Part shown: positions 17,294 through 26,327 of the stretch, one piece after another
How the letters are laid out: each line of letters opens with the position of its first letter
How positions within the stretch are numbered: the first letter of the stretch is position 1
Source of the DNA: Cyanophyceae cyanobacterium
Lineage (GTDB): Bacteria > Cyanobacteriota > Cyanobacteriia > Cyanobacteriales > Laspinemataceae
Assembly (NCBI GenBank): GCA_038321985.1
Contig: JBBQFN010000051.1
Span: 1 to 26,327, forward strand
Direction of reading: 5' to 3'
Length of the DNA stretch: 26,327 bases
The notes under the pieces: model-generated
What the model was told of the DNA's origin: nothing
Database searches by the model: none
The model's input: the letters and a program-made list of their open reading frames with translations, nothing else
Program-made: the position numbers and the translations under genes

Positions 17294-17944
17294 ATGCTGT
17301 TACAACCGACCCAACGCACTAAACTGGATGAATCCGACGATCGCCTATTCTATTCCCTCCCCCGATTCGTTACCCACGTTGACGACGGATTCATCAAGCA
17401 ACTCACCCATCTGTATGGCGATCGCCTCAAACCCAACAGCCGCATCTTGGATATGATGAGTTCTTGGGTCTCTCATCTTCCCCCGGAGATGACCTTTGCT
17501 CATGTGGAAGGGCACGGGCTCAATGAAGAGGAACTCGCGAAAAATCCTCGTCTTAATCATTATTTTGTCCAAGATCTCAATGACAACCCCCACCTCCCCC
17601 TAGAGGATCAAAGTTTTGATGCAGTTCTGAATGCAGTTTCGGTCCAATATATCCAACATCCTGAAATGGTGTTTAGCGAAATTCACCGGATCCTGAAACC
17701 CGATGGCATTGCGATTATTAGTTTTTCCAATCGAATGTTTTATCAGAAAGCGATTGAAGCATGGCGCGAGGGTAATGAAGGGTCTCGCGTTGCCCTGGTG
17801 AAACGTTACTTTCAGGCAGTGGAAGGGTTTTCTAACCCCGAAGCGATCGCCCGCAAGTCCGATCTCCCTTCTATTTTGCAGTTTATGGGCATGGGGGGTG
17901 GGGACCCATTTTATGCAATTGTCGCTCATCGTGTACCCGAATAA
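17294..17944 (+). CDS. Class I SAM-dependent methyltransferase (conserved cyanobacterial type)
   Basis: FY..PRFVTHVDD, ILDMMSSWVSHLP, GHGLNEEEL, FDAVLNAVSVQY, RILKPDG, SFSNRMF. Confidence 0.9.
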   Translation: MLLQPTQRTKLDESDDRLFYSLPRFVTHVDDGFIKQLTHLYGDRLKPNSRILDMMSSWVSHLPPEMTFAHVEGHGLNEEELAKNPRLNHYFVQDLNDNPHLPLEDQSFDAVLNAVSVQYIQHPEMVFSEIHRILKPDGIAIISFSNRMFYQKAIEAWREGNEGSRVALVKRYFQAVEGFSNPEAIARKSDLPSILQFMGMGGGDPFYAIVAHRVPE

Positions 17945-18043
17945 CTGAACCCGCCAGAAGACAAACCAAATTACCGGAGTCTACTGCTTGTCTTTACCCT
18001 GAATCACCCTGAGCAGATGTATCGTGAGAGATTACACTACAGA

Positions 18044-18937
18044 TTAGAGTGTTGCCAAAATCTTCTCTACTTCTTGACATAATGCTTGGTGGCAATGAGC
18101 GTTACTGGCGATCGCGCAGCCCCACTGATTCACATCTTTTTGGTTGTAGCGCAAAGGGGTCCCATCTACAAAGGTTAACTGGCCCCCTGCTTCGGTCAAA
18201 ATCAACTCTGGGGCTGCAAAGTCCCAATCTTTGGGCGCACCTCTGCCGGAAAGGGAAATAAACCCATCCACCTGCTGTTCCACAATGGCGGCAATTTTGC
18301 ACCCGATACTCCCCATATATTGTTGGGTTTGGCAGGGTAGGCGTTGCAAGAGTTCGTCCAATTTCTCTCCTTTGCGGGTGCGTCGCGTCAGTAGACATAA
18401 GTCCTCCAGGCGATCGCGGGCGGAGACTTTGACGGGGGTGCGATCGCCGTTGCGGGTTTCCACAAAGGCACCCCCTCCACGCTGGGCGTAATATAATTTC
18501 TGGGCTGAAGGGACTGCTACCACTGCGACGACGGGTTGCCCCTCATAGACTAAGGCAATATGTACCGCATAGTTCGGGTTTTGCTGAATGTAGGCGCGGG
18601 TTCCGTCGATGGGGTCAATAATCCAAACCCATCGGCATTGACGGCGATCGCGGTTGGTGTGGGATTCATAACTTTCTTCACTCAGATACCCAAATTCCAG
18701 ACTGCCAAAGGCAATTCGTAATTTTTGTAAAATATACTCGTTCGCGGCAACATCTGCATTGGTGACCGGACCTTCTTTTTTTTCTCTAACTTTTAGTTTC
18801 CCGGCTGCATCGGTATGATAGTAGGTCAGAATATCCGCACTACCCCAACCAATCATCCGGGCGATCGCTCCTATCTCCTCCAATTTCTCTAAGCGATTGT
18901 CCGTCATTTGTGATCCCAATTGTTTGCTTTTGCTCAT
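18044..18937 (-). CDS. 3'(2'),5'-bisphosphate nucleotidase CysQ / inositol monophosphatase family
   Basis: PVTNAD, LSEE, WIIDPIDGT, GSIGCK and WDFAA motifs. Start could be ATG 18907. Confidence 0.9.
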   Translation of the reverse strand: MSKSKQLGSQMTDNRLEKLEEIGAIARMIGWGSADILTYYHTDAAGKLKVREKKEGPVTNADVAANEYILQKLRIAFGSLEFGYLSEESYESHTNRDRRQCRWVWIIDPIDGTRAYIQQNPNYAVHIALVYEGQPVVAVVAVPSAQKLYYAQRGGGAFVETRNGDRTPVKVSARDRLEDLCLLTRRTRKGEKLDELLQRLPCQTQQYMGSIGCKIAAIVEQQVDGFISLSGRGAPKDWDFAAPELILTEAGGQLTFVDGTPLRYNQKDVNQWGCAIASNAHCHQALCQEVEKILATL

Positions 18938-19352
18938 TTTTCTCTATAGTGATTGCTCTAATTTAAAAACACTCTCCTTGCCATTGATCCGATTTTTTTA
19001 TACCTTTCAAAAGTCCAGCTTATCTTTAATCTTAAATTTGAGATGTCCTTTCTATCCTAACTTAATGAATGTTTGATTGATTCAAGATTTCTTAACTTTG
19101 GGTCTTCTTCCTAACGATTTTTCAATCATTTGACCTAATCGACCTCTTGCTTTGATTCGATGATCGCTCTCCCCAACCCCGTTGTCAGATCCCTCGACAG
19201 TCCCCTTTTTAAGAGGGAAGCCAGAGAAATAAATGTTTAATTCACGGGGGGCCTGAGAGACTTCTGCCATTCCTCTCATTGACATACCCACCTATTGCTT
19301 TTGGCATTGATTTCCTCTCAAGAATCAACTTAACCACTCGGGAGAGAAAACA

Positions 19353-19393
19353 AGACCAATTAGACTCGCCGAAAAAAGGAGTCCAATTGGTCT
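19353..19393 (-). terminator. Probable intrinsic terminator on the minus strand
   Basis: 15-bp arms agaccaatt(a/g)gactc. The single mismatch is G-U on the minus strand and is followed there by TGTTTT. Lies downstream of the 19536-20015 gene. Confidence 0.55.
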
Positions 19394-19411
19394 AAAATAG
19401 GCACTTTTACT

Positions 19412-19439
19412 TTGAATGGCTTGGATTGAATGGCTTGGA
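19412..19439. repeat. 14-bp tandem duplication
   Basis: ttgaatggcttgga twice, exact. Confidence 0.85.
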
Positions 19440-19535
19440 GAGAATTTATTATTTTCCCCCAATCGGCTTTAAAGTGGGTTTACTCTAATCTCTTAAGTTG
19501 CTCCGAAAGTGGAGACTGCTCCCTTTTCATTCCAG

Positions 19536-20015
19536 TCAATGTTCTACATAAGCCCACTGCTTCCAATCTCGACGACGGGACAATCCTTTAATTTCAATAT
19601 CAATATGATGGGTTTCAGCAATTTCAAAAATTCGGCGCAATCCTGCTCTAAAATTTTTTTGTTTACTGTTAAAAGAAATAGAGTTGCGTAAGGGCTCCCG
19701 CGTTTGAATATAAACTACGCGGTTGTCTTTACGATTGGACACTAAAATGGCTCGTTTTACATCAACCCAGGGGATAATCAGCCTCGGACTTAGAGGACTT
19801 CGCCGCACGATTCGAGTGCTACTGATTTCTACCGCTGCACACAGTTCATCGGCAATAATTAATAATGGACTGGTCATTGCAATCCAAATCATCCCGGTAC
19901 CAATCGGAATAAAAATCAGTGATAGACAGGCACAGATTAAGTAAAAAACTCCTAATCCCCAGCCTATCCATCGATGACGAGGATATAGCCGCAGGAATTG
20001 TTCTCGGGTTTCCAT
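19536..20015 (-). CDS. Hypothetical membrane protein (two N-terminal TM segments plus possible PH-like domain)
   Basis: 159-aa ATG ORF with a GGGGAAGGAA purine-rich leader. Hydrophobic hairpin followed by a VEISSTRIVRR...IIPWVDVKR pattern reminiscent of bacterial PH domains. Confidence 0.7.
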   Translation of the reverse strand: METREQFLRLYPRHRWIGWGLGVFYLICACLSLIFIPIGTGMIWIAMTSPLLIIADELCAAVEISSTRIVRRSPLSPRLIIPWVDVKRAILVSNRKDNRVVYIQTREPLRNSISFNSKQKNFRAGLRRIFEIAETHHIDIEIKGLSRRRDWKQWAYVEH

Positions 20016-20104
20016 GGTTCCTTCCCCTACAAGGGTTAATAGATTAATTTTAGTGAATTAAAAACGGCTCTAAATCCTTCTAAGGAGATAGGTTTGGACT
20101 GGCT

Positions 20105-20965
20105 TCAGGTCAGGTTCATCCAGTGACGTGTCCCCCAACTTTCACAAGCACGGGAAGCAATTTTTGCGGCACCAGCCAAAGCCCGCTCAAAAGTTTCTTG
20201 TAAAATATAATGACAAAAGGCTCCGTGGAAAATATCGCCAGACCCTAATGTATCAACCGCTTTAATTTTAGACACTTCTAGAGAACCCTGTAGGCCATTG
20301 CTGAGGTATTGAATCGGTTTTTCACCATTAGTGATGGCAATATGTGGAATTCCTAGGTTGGAAAGATAGGTAAACACTTGGGAGGAATTATAGCAGTTTG
20401 GGGGATAAAAGTTACTGGAACAAATTGCATAACAAACGAAGGGCAGGATTTTTTCAAATCCAGGTTTCCAGCTTCCTCCATCAATCACGATAGGGATATT
20501 TTGGGCGTGACTGATTTGGGCAATGAGTTGACTCACTGACATTTGATGTCCATCGATCAAGACTATGTTAAAATTGTCCCAGGAATCTAAGGGTAGAACA
20601 TCAGTAAGGATTGGCGATTTTGTGGCATTGATAGAGATGACAGCCCGATCGCCGGTTGCTTCGGTGACGATAATCGAAGAAAGGGGAGGCGGTTCGGTGC
20701 GGTTGGGGTCTAAATCGGCGATCGCCACACCATAGCGTTCTAACTCCTCATAAACAATGGCGGTGAGGGGATGTTTTCCAACTGCCCCTAGTAGGGTGGG
20801 CTGATTGCCCAGATAACTAAAGGCGATCGCCGCATTGGTAGCGGGTCCCCCAGCATTTATAATAGAGTCCGAGGCCACAATTTTCTGATTATTCTTTGGC
20901 ACTCCTGCCGTTAAATACATCACGTCAATGGTGACTAAACCTACAAACAATCCTTGTTTTGCCAT
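20105..20965 (-). CDS. PfkB family carbohydrate kinase
   Basis: GGPATNAA N-terminal signature, ITNGEK, and DTLGSGDIFHG C-terminal signature. Confidence 0.92.
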   Translation of the reverse strand: MAKQGLFVGLVTIDVMYLTAGVPKNNQKIVASDSIINAGGPATNAAIAFSYLGNQPTLLGAVGKHPLTAIVYEELERYGVAIADLDPNRTEPPPLSSIIVTEATGDRAVISINATKSPILTDVLPLDSWDNFNIVLIDGHQMSVSQLIAQISHAQNIPIVIDGGSWKPGFEKILPFVCYAICSSNFYPPNCYNSSQVFTYLSNLGIPHIAITNGEKPIQYLSNGLQGSLEVSKIKAVDTLGSGDIFHGAFCHYILQETFERALAGAAKIASRACESWGTRHWMNLT

Positions 20966-21133
20966 TGTTTCATCTGATCACTTGAGGGTAGAGGTTTTTT
21001 GGATTCACAATTTTCCTCGGTTTATACTTTATCATTAATTGGGATAATAATAAAGGAACGGACAGGGAAGTGCCGTCTTCTATTGTTGGTTACATCGTCA
21101 GTCTTAAAATGGTGAAAATTTAGCCCTTTTTTC

Positions 21134-22003
21134 ATGGAAATTGATTCAAAACTAGGCACGCTTTATGTAGTGGGAACCCCCATCGGTAACCTGGAAGATA
21201 TGACTTTTCGGGCGGTACGAATTTTGCAGGAAGTTGATGCGATCGCCGCTGAGGATACCCGCCACACGGGGAAATTGTTACATCATTTTCAAATTAAAAC
21301 CCCGCAAATTAGCTATCACGAACATAATCGGCAACAGCGGATTCCAGAATTAGTAAATCGATTAGAGGCCGGTGCAGCGATCGCCCTCGTCACTGATGCA
21401 GGAATGCCGGGAATCTCGGATCCCGGATATGAACTCGTCAAAGCTTGTGTGGAAAACGGAATTCCTGTGGTGCCGATTCCGGGACCGAGTGCCTGCATTA
21501 CCGCCTTAAGTTCAGCCGGTTTAGCTGCGCGTCGATTTACTTTTGAAGGGTTTTTACCTTTGAAGGGAAAAGAACGACAGCAGCAGTTGCAGGAATTAGA
21601 GACAGAGACAAGGGCGATTGTGCTTTATGAAGCGCCCCATCGGTTGCGCAAAACCTTGCGGGACTTAGAGACAATCTTGGGAGGCGATCGCCCCCTGGTT
21701 TTAGGGCGAGAGTTAACCAAGCTACACGAGGAGTTTTGGCGCGGAACAATTGCCGAGGCTGTAGCACATTACACTGACAATTGTCAACCGAAAGGAGAAT
21801 TTACTTTAGTCATTGAGGGGGCCGACCGCTCAACCCCGGTTTTTTCAGAAGAGAGCCTCAAGGCCGCATTGCAAAATGCGATCGCCCGAGGACTCACCCG
21901 TTCTGAAGCCACCCGACAGCTTGCTCAGGAAACCGAACTTCCCCGTCGCCAGATTTATCAACTCGCCCTGACCCTAGACGAGCCAAGTGCCGAGGAACCG
22001 TAA
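21134..22003 (+). CDS. rsmI: 16S rRNA (cytidine1402-2'-O)-methyltransferase
   Basis: LYVVGTPIGNLEDMTFRA, AEDTRHT, DAGMPGISDPG, YEAPHRL, RELTKLHEEF, KGEF. Confidence 0.96.
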   Translation: MEIDSKLGTLYVVGTPIGNLEDMTFRAVRILQEVDAIAAEDTRHTGKLLHHFQIKTPQISYHEHNRQQRIPELVNRLEAGAAIALVTDAGMPGISDPGYELVKACVENGIPVVPIPGPSACITALSSAGLAARRFTFEGFLPLKGKERQQQLQELETETRAIVLYEAPHRLRKTLRDLETILGGDRPLVLGRELTKLHEEFWRGTIAEAVAHYTDNCQPKGEFTLVIEGADRSTPVFSEESLKAALQNAIARGLTRSEATRQLAQETELPRRQIYQLALTLDEPSAEEP

Positions 22004-22079
22004 AAAGCCGTTGTTATTGCAGCTTAAAGGGATGGGAGGGCCAACGGGGGCAGTGTCTCTTCCTACTCCAGATTGACCC

Positions 22080-22910
22080 TTACAGCGAATAAACTTGACC
22101 GTCAATCAACAAACGGGTGATTCCCTTCGATTGTAAATAAACGCTAGTTTTTTGTAGCATCTGCCCATCCGGAACCTTGATCACCCGTTGATTCCGGGCC
22201 GAAAAGCGACGAGCTACTCGGTGATTGTCAAAAACCGGCAGAGTTTTTTCGTAAAACTCTTGAGCGGGAATTTGTCCTAGCTCAGCAAATTCTTTAAGAG
22301 GGCGAGTAATTAACTCAGCCCCTTTGTCTACGACGATATAACAAATTTTTGGAAGTTCAGCTTCTGCCAGGGGTAAAACTTCAACGATGGTAGAAGTCCG
22401 AAGCTGACGTTGCCGCAATAGGGGTTCATCCTCCTCCCACTCCTCGTCATCGTCTTCGTCATCCTCATCTAATTCTTCCTCCTCGTCCTCTTGATCCAAA
22501 TCTTCCTCATCCAAGAGTTCTTCTCCCAACATTTCCTGGAGGGCACTGGTTTCGATGGGTGGATAGGGATCTCTAAAGTTTTCCTCGGGGAGTGGAAGCT
22601 CATTTTTATTTTCTTCCTCAGAAGCGCCAGAAGCCGAACGCAAACGAATGCCTCGTTGACGCCCAGAAGCCAGGGGCTGCTCATCCTCATCTTCTAGGGG
22701 TTCTGGATCGCTAGGAAGGAAGCGACCGGAACGCTTTTGCTGGATGAGGGATTCATATTCCTCTTCGGACAACGTGCTTTTGAGGATGCGGCTAATCGTC
22801 GAGCTACTGACGCCATAACGACTTGCCAGGGTTAAAGTGGTTTCTCCGGGCTGTCGATACAGGTCGATAATGTCGCTTTTGTCAGATTCAGATAGTTTTC
22901 GAGAACTCAT
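22080..22910 (-). CDS. Conserved cyanobacterial protein with N-terminal helix-turn-helix and a long Asp/Glu-rich linker
   Basis: N-terminal TTLTLASRYGVSSSTISRILK HTH, acidic tract EEDLDQEDEEEELDEDDEDDDEEWEEDE, and a globular C-terminus (LPVFDNHRVARRF...GITRLLIDGQVYSL). Confidence 0.85.
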   Translation of the reverse strand: MSSRKLSESDKSDIIDLYRQPGETTLTLASRYGVSSSTISRILKSTLSEEEYESLIQQKRSGRFLPSDPEPLEDEDEQPLASGRQRGIRLRSASGASEEENKNELPLPEENFRDPYPPIETSALQEMLGEELLDEEDLDQEDEEEELDEDDEDDDEEWEEDEPLLRQRQLRTSTIVEVLPLAEAELPKICYIVVDKGAELITRPLKEFAELGQIPAQEFYEKTLPVFDNHRVARRFSARNQRVIKVPDGQMLQKTSVYLQSKGITRLLIDGQVYSL

Positions 22911-23111
22911 GCCGCATCATCGGGGGTAAACATTTGGACGAGAGTCGGAGGCAGTGAACGCGCGATCGGGGGATGAGCGCCATCTTAGCGCGGCCAGTGT
23001 CCGAATGGGGGAGGACTAGAATATCATGCCATTGTTAGATTAAGAGGGATTTATGAAGCAGCCTTGTTTTAGACGCGTAATTTCAACAGAGTAAGTATGG
23101 ATTAAGTGGAT

Positions 23112-24113
23112 TCAATCCGAACCCCCTCCCCGTCTGCGCCCCCGGGAACGAGAGCGAGTAGAGATATCGTATTCCAAGACGGCACCAATGCCGAACAGAA
23201 CGGCACTCAAAACCCAGAAGACTTCTAAAAGGCTGCCGCTTTCATAGTTGGCGACGCGGGATTCGGCGTACTTAAACCACATATCGGCAATATAGAGTGA
23301 AAAAGTAGCCGCAGCAATCATCCGCCAGGACTGAGAAAAGCGTCCTCCCCAGAAGGCTAACAACAGTGCCGTTGCCAAGATCAGGAGCAAGACATCCATG
23401 CTCACATAAAACAAGCTCACGTAGTTACCCACGGGAGTCAGAGCCTCGTCAATGGCCACAATGAAGCCTGGAGCAGCTTGGGCGCTTCTGGAGACAGGAG
23501 CCGGGGTAGATGTCCCAGAGCTTGTAGGGGGGCGGGAGACTTGCTCGATCGCCTGGGGTGAAGCTGCCGGGGGCAAATCGCTCGGTTCAGACACCGACAA
23601 CCAGTAGGCTAAGGCTATCCCGGCTAAGGCGATCGTTCCTAAGACGGCCCACTGCCAAACTTCTAAATTCAGCTTCCGTCCCGAGACTGCTAAAACCATG
23701 CCAATAGTTAGGGAAATATAGGTAATCCCGTAAAAGAAATCTCCCAGAGACACATCCGGCGCGAGATTCCAATACAACTCCCATAAGCCAAATAATACGC
23801 CGCCTAGAAAATAGCACAGCATTCCAATGCCAATTGCCAACCAGACATTACGCCCGCTGACAATTTGTGGAGCCCGCCAATTTCTAAAACACAAAATTGC
23901 CGCCCCCAAGAAAGCACCTAATTCAAATATTAACGTACCGATTGAATACCATAACGGCCTCCCCACTCCGGGAGACTCGGGTACGCTAAATAACAAAAAA
24001 AACAACAGAGCCAAAACAGCCCAAGTAATTCCAGCCACCACTAGGGTTTGAGCTGCAAACAAGGGTTGAGAACTGGTTAATTTATCGGAAGTTGTTCGCA
24101 TAGAAATTCCCAA
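23112..24113 (-). CDS. Hypothetical integral membrane protein (about 8 TM segments)
   Basis: Multiple hydrophobic helices, a Pro/Ser-rich loop and a basic C-tail. Start may be ATG 24101. Confidence 0.85.
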   Translation of the reverse strand: MGISMRTTSDKLTSSQPLFAAQTLVVAGITWAVLALLFFLLFSVPESPGVGRPLWYSIGTLIFELGAFLGAAILCFRNWRAPQIVSGRNVWLAIGIGMLCYFLGGVLFGLWELYWNLAPDVSLGDFFYGITYISLTIGMVLAVSGRKLNLEVWQWAVLGTIALAGIALAYWLSVSEPSDLPPAASPQAIEQVSRPPTSSGTSTPAPVSRSAQAAPGFIVAIDEALTPVGNYVSLFYVSMDVLLLILATALLLAFWGGRFSQSWRMIAAATFSLYIADMWFKYAESRVANYESGSLLEVFWVLSAVLFGIGAVLEYDISTRSRSRGRRRGGGSD

Positions 24114-24235
24114 ATTGCTAACGGGGCATCGGTCTTTTCGTCTAAAACTTTTTTAAACGTAGAAACAGCCCAGGGATTGCCTAGAGAGCCGTTTGTTAAC
24201 GACAAGAGTACAGAACACACTTGTCAAGCTGAGTT

Positions 24236-24904
24236 TCAAGACAGGGACCACATTTCACCCAGAGGAGATTGATGCAGCCAATCTTTAAACTGCTTGCGTT
24301 CCGCTGAGGGCATATCTTGCAGGATATCTAAGGCTCGTTCTACAAAGCTGGTATTCCCAAAATATTCTTTGCCCAAGCGATAAAGCTCTTGTAACAAAGT
24401 ATTGAGATGATGCTCTTGCCAAGCCGGGACTTGAGCGCCGCCCAAGGGGTCCATATTGAGCAACTGGTTGACGGCATCCGGTGATTCCGCTTGAGGAAAG
24501 CGCCATTTTTTAAAGGTTTCAGCCATTTCCTTTTCAAATGAACTCGCTTGCCGATTGCCCAGCAAGTCTTCTATATCAAAAAAAACCGCTTGCAACATTA
24601 AAATACAGGCTTGGGTGTACAGGGGCGCTGCTGCGACCCCTCCGTGAGCATCCTCCGTAAGCTGGTCAAGACGGATTTTGCCCCAAACACTGTAGCGGTC
24701 AGTCTCTTCGAGCAAGACGCAAGCTTTCCCCCGGTTATCGGTCAGGTCCCTCCAAAAGGCCCTAGCTTCATCCGCCTGTTGAGCGCTAAACACGTTAATT
24801 AAGCGAAAGGTCTGACCTTGATAGTTCAAAATCGGTATTTGCTGACCCGTTTTTGGGTGCTGAATACCTGTTATTTCAACATCCTGCCGTTTCAGAATAA
24901 ACAT
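24236..24904 (-). CDS. Conserved cyanobacterial hypothetical protein (resembles Npun_F0813 family)
   Basis: Likely start is ATG 24904 (MFILKRQDVEI...YQGQTFRL...WRDLTDNRGKACVLLEE). The ORF track extends to GTG 25018. Family name is from recall and was not searched. Confidence 0.8.
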   Translation of the reverse strand: MFILKRQDVEITGIQHPKTGQQIPILNYQGQTFRLINVFSAQQADEARAFWRDLTDNRGKACVLLEETDRYSVWGKIRLDQLTEDAHGGVAAAPLYTQACILMLQAVFFDIEDLLGNRQASSFEKEMAETFKKWRFPQAESPDAVNQLLNMDPLGGAQVPAWQEHHLNTLLQELYRLGKEYFGNTSFVERALDILQDMPSAERKQFKDWLHQSPLGEMWSLS

Positions 24905-25218
24905 GACGCTGCCAATTGAGTCCTCGTGGCCTGTGGGTGCTGTCGGTTCAATGGAAATGGTACTTGCAAGGGTTTTGTTTGTCGCCCTGTTTGGTTTCAA
25001 GGTTGAGTTGAACCGCACTTAGGCTTTAGTTTATTCTGACTCACGCAGTTAATCGCAACACTGCAAGTCTTGCTCATTTCCCTGGCGACGTAATTCAACG
25101 CCCTGACTAACCCCTATCTTACTCTATGCCTCCTCCAGAAAAACTCCAAGCTTGCTATTCCCACTTTTGAAATTAACTCCGGGGGTCAATGATAGTCTAG
25201 GGGATCAGTACAGCACTT

Positions 25219-25285
25219 AAAAACCGGGTTTCTTCGCAAAAAACGTACTCCTTAAGTGGTAATGAGGCTTAGAGACTCGATTTCT
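25219..25285. repeat. Short dispersed repeat bounded by AGAAACCGGGTTTCT-type palindromes (copy 2, degenerate)
   Basis: aaaaaccgggtttct (25219-25233) and agagactcgatttct (25271-25285), starts 52 nt apart. Confidence 0.5.
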
Positions 25286-25595
25286 TCTCCCCTTACTCTA
25301 ATACGGTACTGACGACTTAGGCGCTTCAGCTTACGGGTTCTCTGGCATTCTTGCACTGAAAGCCTACGGCCAGATAGAAATTTCTTGGCCTACCTGTTGA
25401 TGTTCCTTTAAGATGATCCTCGCACGGGGCTAACTTTTGAGGGGGAAAACGCAATCTGCTGCGAAAGCAGCTATGCAAATGCCCTCTTGTTTGGTAAAGT
25501 AAGAAATCAAGGCTTACAGCCATTTGGTTTTTGAGAGTCTGCTAGACTGGCTCAAAGGTGGGAATTGAAGCCGATTTTTCTTAGAACAGTTGTTT

Positions 25596-25669
25596 GGGTG
25601 CGTAACTCAGGTGGATAGAGTAGCGAACTTCTAATTCGTTGGTCGCAGGTTCGAGTCCTGCCGCACCCG
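25596..25669 (+). tRNA. trnR: tRNA-Arg(UCU)
   Basis: Acceptor gggtgcg/cgcaccc, D arm actc/gagt, anticodon arm gcgaa-ctTCTaa-ttcgt, T arm gcagg-ttcgagt-cctgc. CCA not encoded. Confidence 0.93.
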
Positions 25670-25694
25670 TTTCTAGGTTTAGGTTAATTCCCGG

Positions 25695-25728
25695 TAGGGC
25701 AAAAAAGGCGATCGCCTTCTTTGCCCTA
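25695..25728. terminator. HIP1-centred 34-bp palindrome between convergent tRNA genes (probable terminator)
   Basis: tagggcaaaaaag-GCGATCGC-cttctttgcccta, one mismatch (G-U on the minus strand). Confidence 0.65.
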
Positions 25729-25743
25729 ATTCCTATTAAAAAG

Positions 25744-25778
25744 CAGGGTCTTAAAACTCTTTCAAGTCTTAGACCCTG
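25744..25778 (-). terminator. Hairpin just downstream of tRNA-Thr (probable terminator of trnY-trnT)
   Basis: Outer arms cagggtct/agaccctg. On the minus strand it is followed by CTTTTT. Confidence 0.5.
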
Positions 25779-25798
25779 TTCATGCTCTTGCTTTCAAA

Positions 25799-25870
25799 AG
25801 CCCGTGACGAGGATTGAACTCGTGACCTCACCCTTACCAAGGGTGTGCTCTACCACTGAGCTACACGGGC
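25799..25870 (-). tRNA. trnT: tRNA-Thr(GGU)
   Basis: Reverse complement GCCCGTGTAGCTCAGTGGTAGAGCACACCCTT-GGT-AAGGGTGAGGTCACGAGTTCAATCCTCGTCACGGGCT folds as a cloverleaf. Confidence 0.97.
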
Positions 25871-25943
25871 AGACAAAATTCAACGTTCCCAACTTTACTC
25901 GGTCTTAATTTTTAACCGATTATTTTGAACCTTGAAGGAATTG

Positions 25944-26028
25944 TGGTGGGCCGAGCTGGATTTGAACCAGCGTAGGCGTAGCCAGCGGATTTACAGTCCG
26001 CCCCCATTAACCGCTCGGGCATCGACCC
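25944..26028 (-). tRNA. trnY: tRNA-Tyr(GUA)
   Basis: Reverse complement GGGTCGATGCCCGAGCGGTTAATGGGGGCGGACT-GTA-AATCCGCTGGCTACGCCTACGCTGGTTCAAATCCAGCTCGGCCCACCA, with long variable arm and encoded CCA. Confidence 0.97.
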
Positions 26029-26048
26029 TTTTTTGTCCACAATTACTA

Positions 26049-26076
26049 ATACTAGCAGAACTCTCACAGAAGTCAA
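26049..26076 (-). promoter_or_regulatory. Putative sigma70-type promoter of trnY-trnT
   Basis: Minus strand TTGACT-N16-TAGTAT with an extended -10 TG, about 20 nt upstream of tRNA-Tyr. Confidence 0.55.
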
Positions 26077-26128
26077 GAGTTTAAGCAAACTTTTTTTTAA
26101 GCTCGGGTTTGGCCCTGACTCGAATAGC

Positions 26129-26327
<199 letters not shown>

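Larger units (their letters stand above)
622..25715. repeat. HIP1 octamer (GCGATCGC) dispersed throughout
   Basis: Many copies, for example 622, 2044, 5644, 6139, 16981 and 25708, including many inside the NRPS and PKS genes. Confidence 0.95.

Noticed and set aside
19235..19300. TPP (CTGAGA) or glycine (CTCTCAGG) riboswitch-like words
   Set aside because: The other obligatory conserved elements are missing and the gene context does not fit.
22080..22910. Transposase or IS element
   Set aside because: Only an HTH is present. There is no catalytic domain, terminal inverted repeats or target duplication.
25415..25475. Superficial similarity to the GEMM riboswitch 5' half (cgcacggggctaac...acgcaa)
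   Set aside because: Weak P2, no P3 or receptor, and the downstream gene is a tRNA.
25330..25595. CRISPR leader or type V-K CAST remnant next to the tRNA (ggtgggaattgaag resembles a repeat end)
   Set aside because: No repeat-spacer array, no cas, tns or integrase genes, and no duplicated tRNA 3' end.

Overview
Cyanobacterial chromosomal window. HIP1 GCGATCGC is abundant, and the gene and repeat content suggests a filamentous Oscillatoriales-type organism. The left 17 kb holds a Ser/Thr kinase-AAA-GAF-histidine kinase gene followed by a compact two-gene hybrid NRPS-PKS: A-PCP-C-A-PCP, then KS-AT-MT-ACP-TE. The standout is that both NRPS adenylation domains are interrupted between core motifs A8 and A9 by a homologous ~115-aa insert carrying PilZ hallmarks ([D/N]xSxxG, GxxAW, GxxF). 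PilZ is a c-di-GMP-receptor fold, and this site normally holds methyltransferases in interrupted A domains. Hand-read specificity codes predict Cys then Phe, extended by malonate and methylated. The right 9 kb is mostly conserved cyanobacterial genes: SAM methyltransferase, CysQ-like phosphatase, PfkB kinase, rsmI, hypotheticals, tRNA-Arg(UCU), tRNA-Thr(GGU), tRNA-Tyr(GUA) and the 3' end of a CBS/hemolysin-family gene. All domain calls are by eye; no searches were run.
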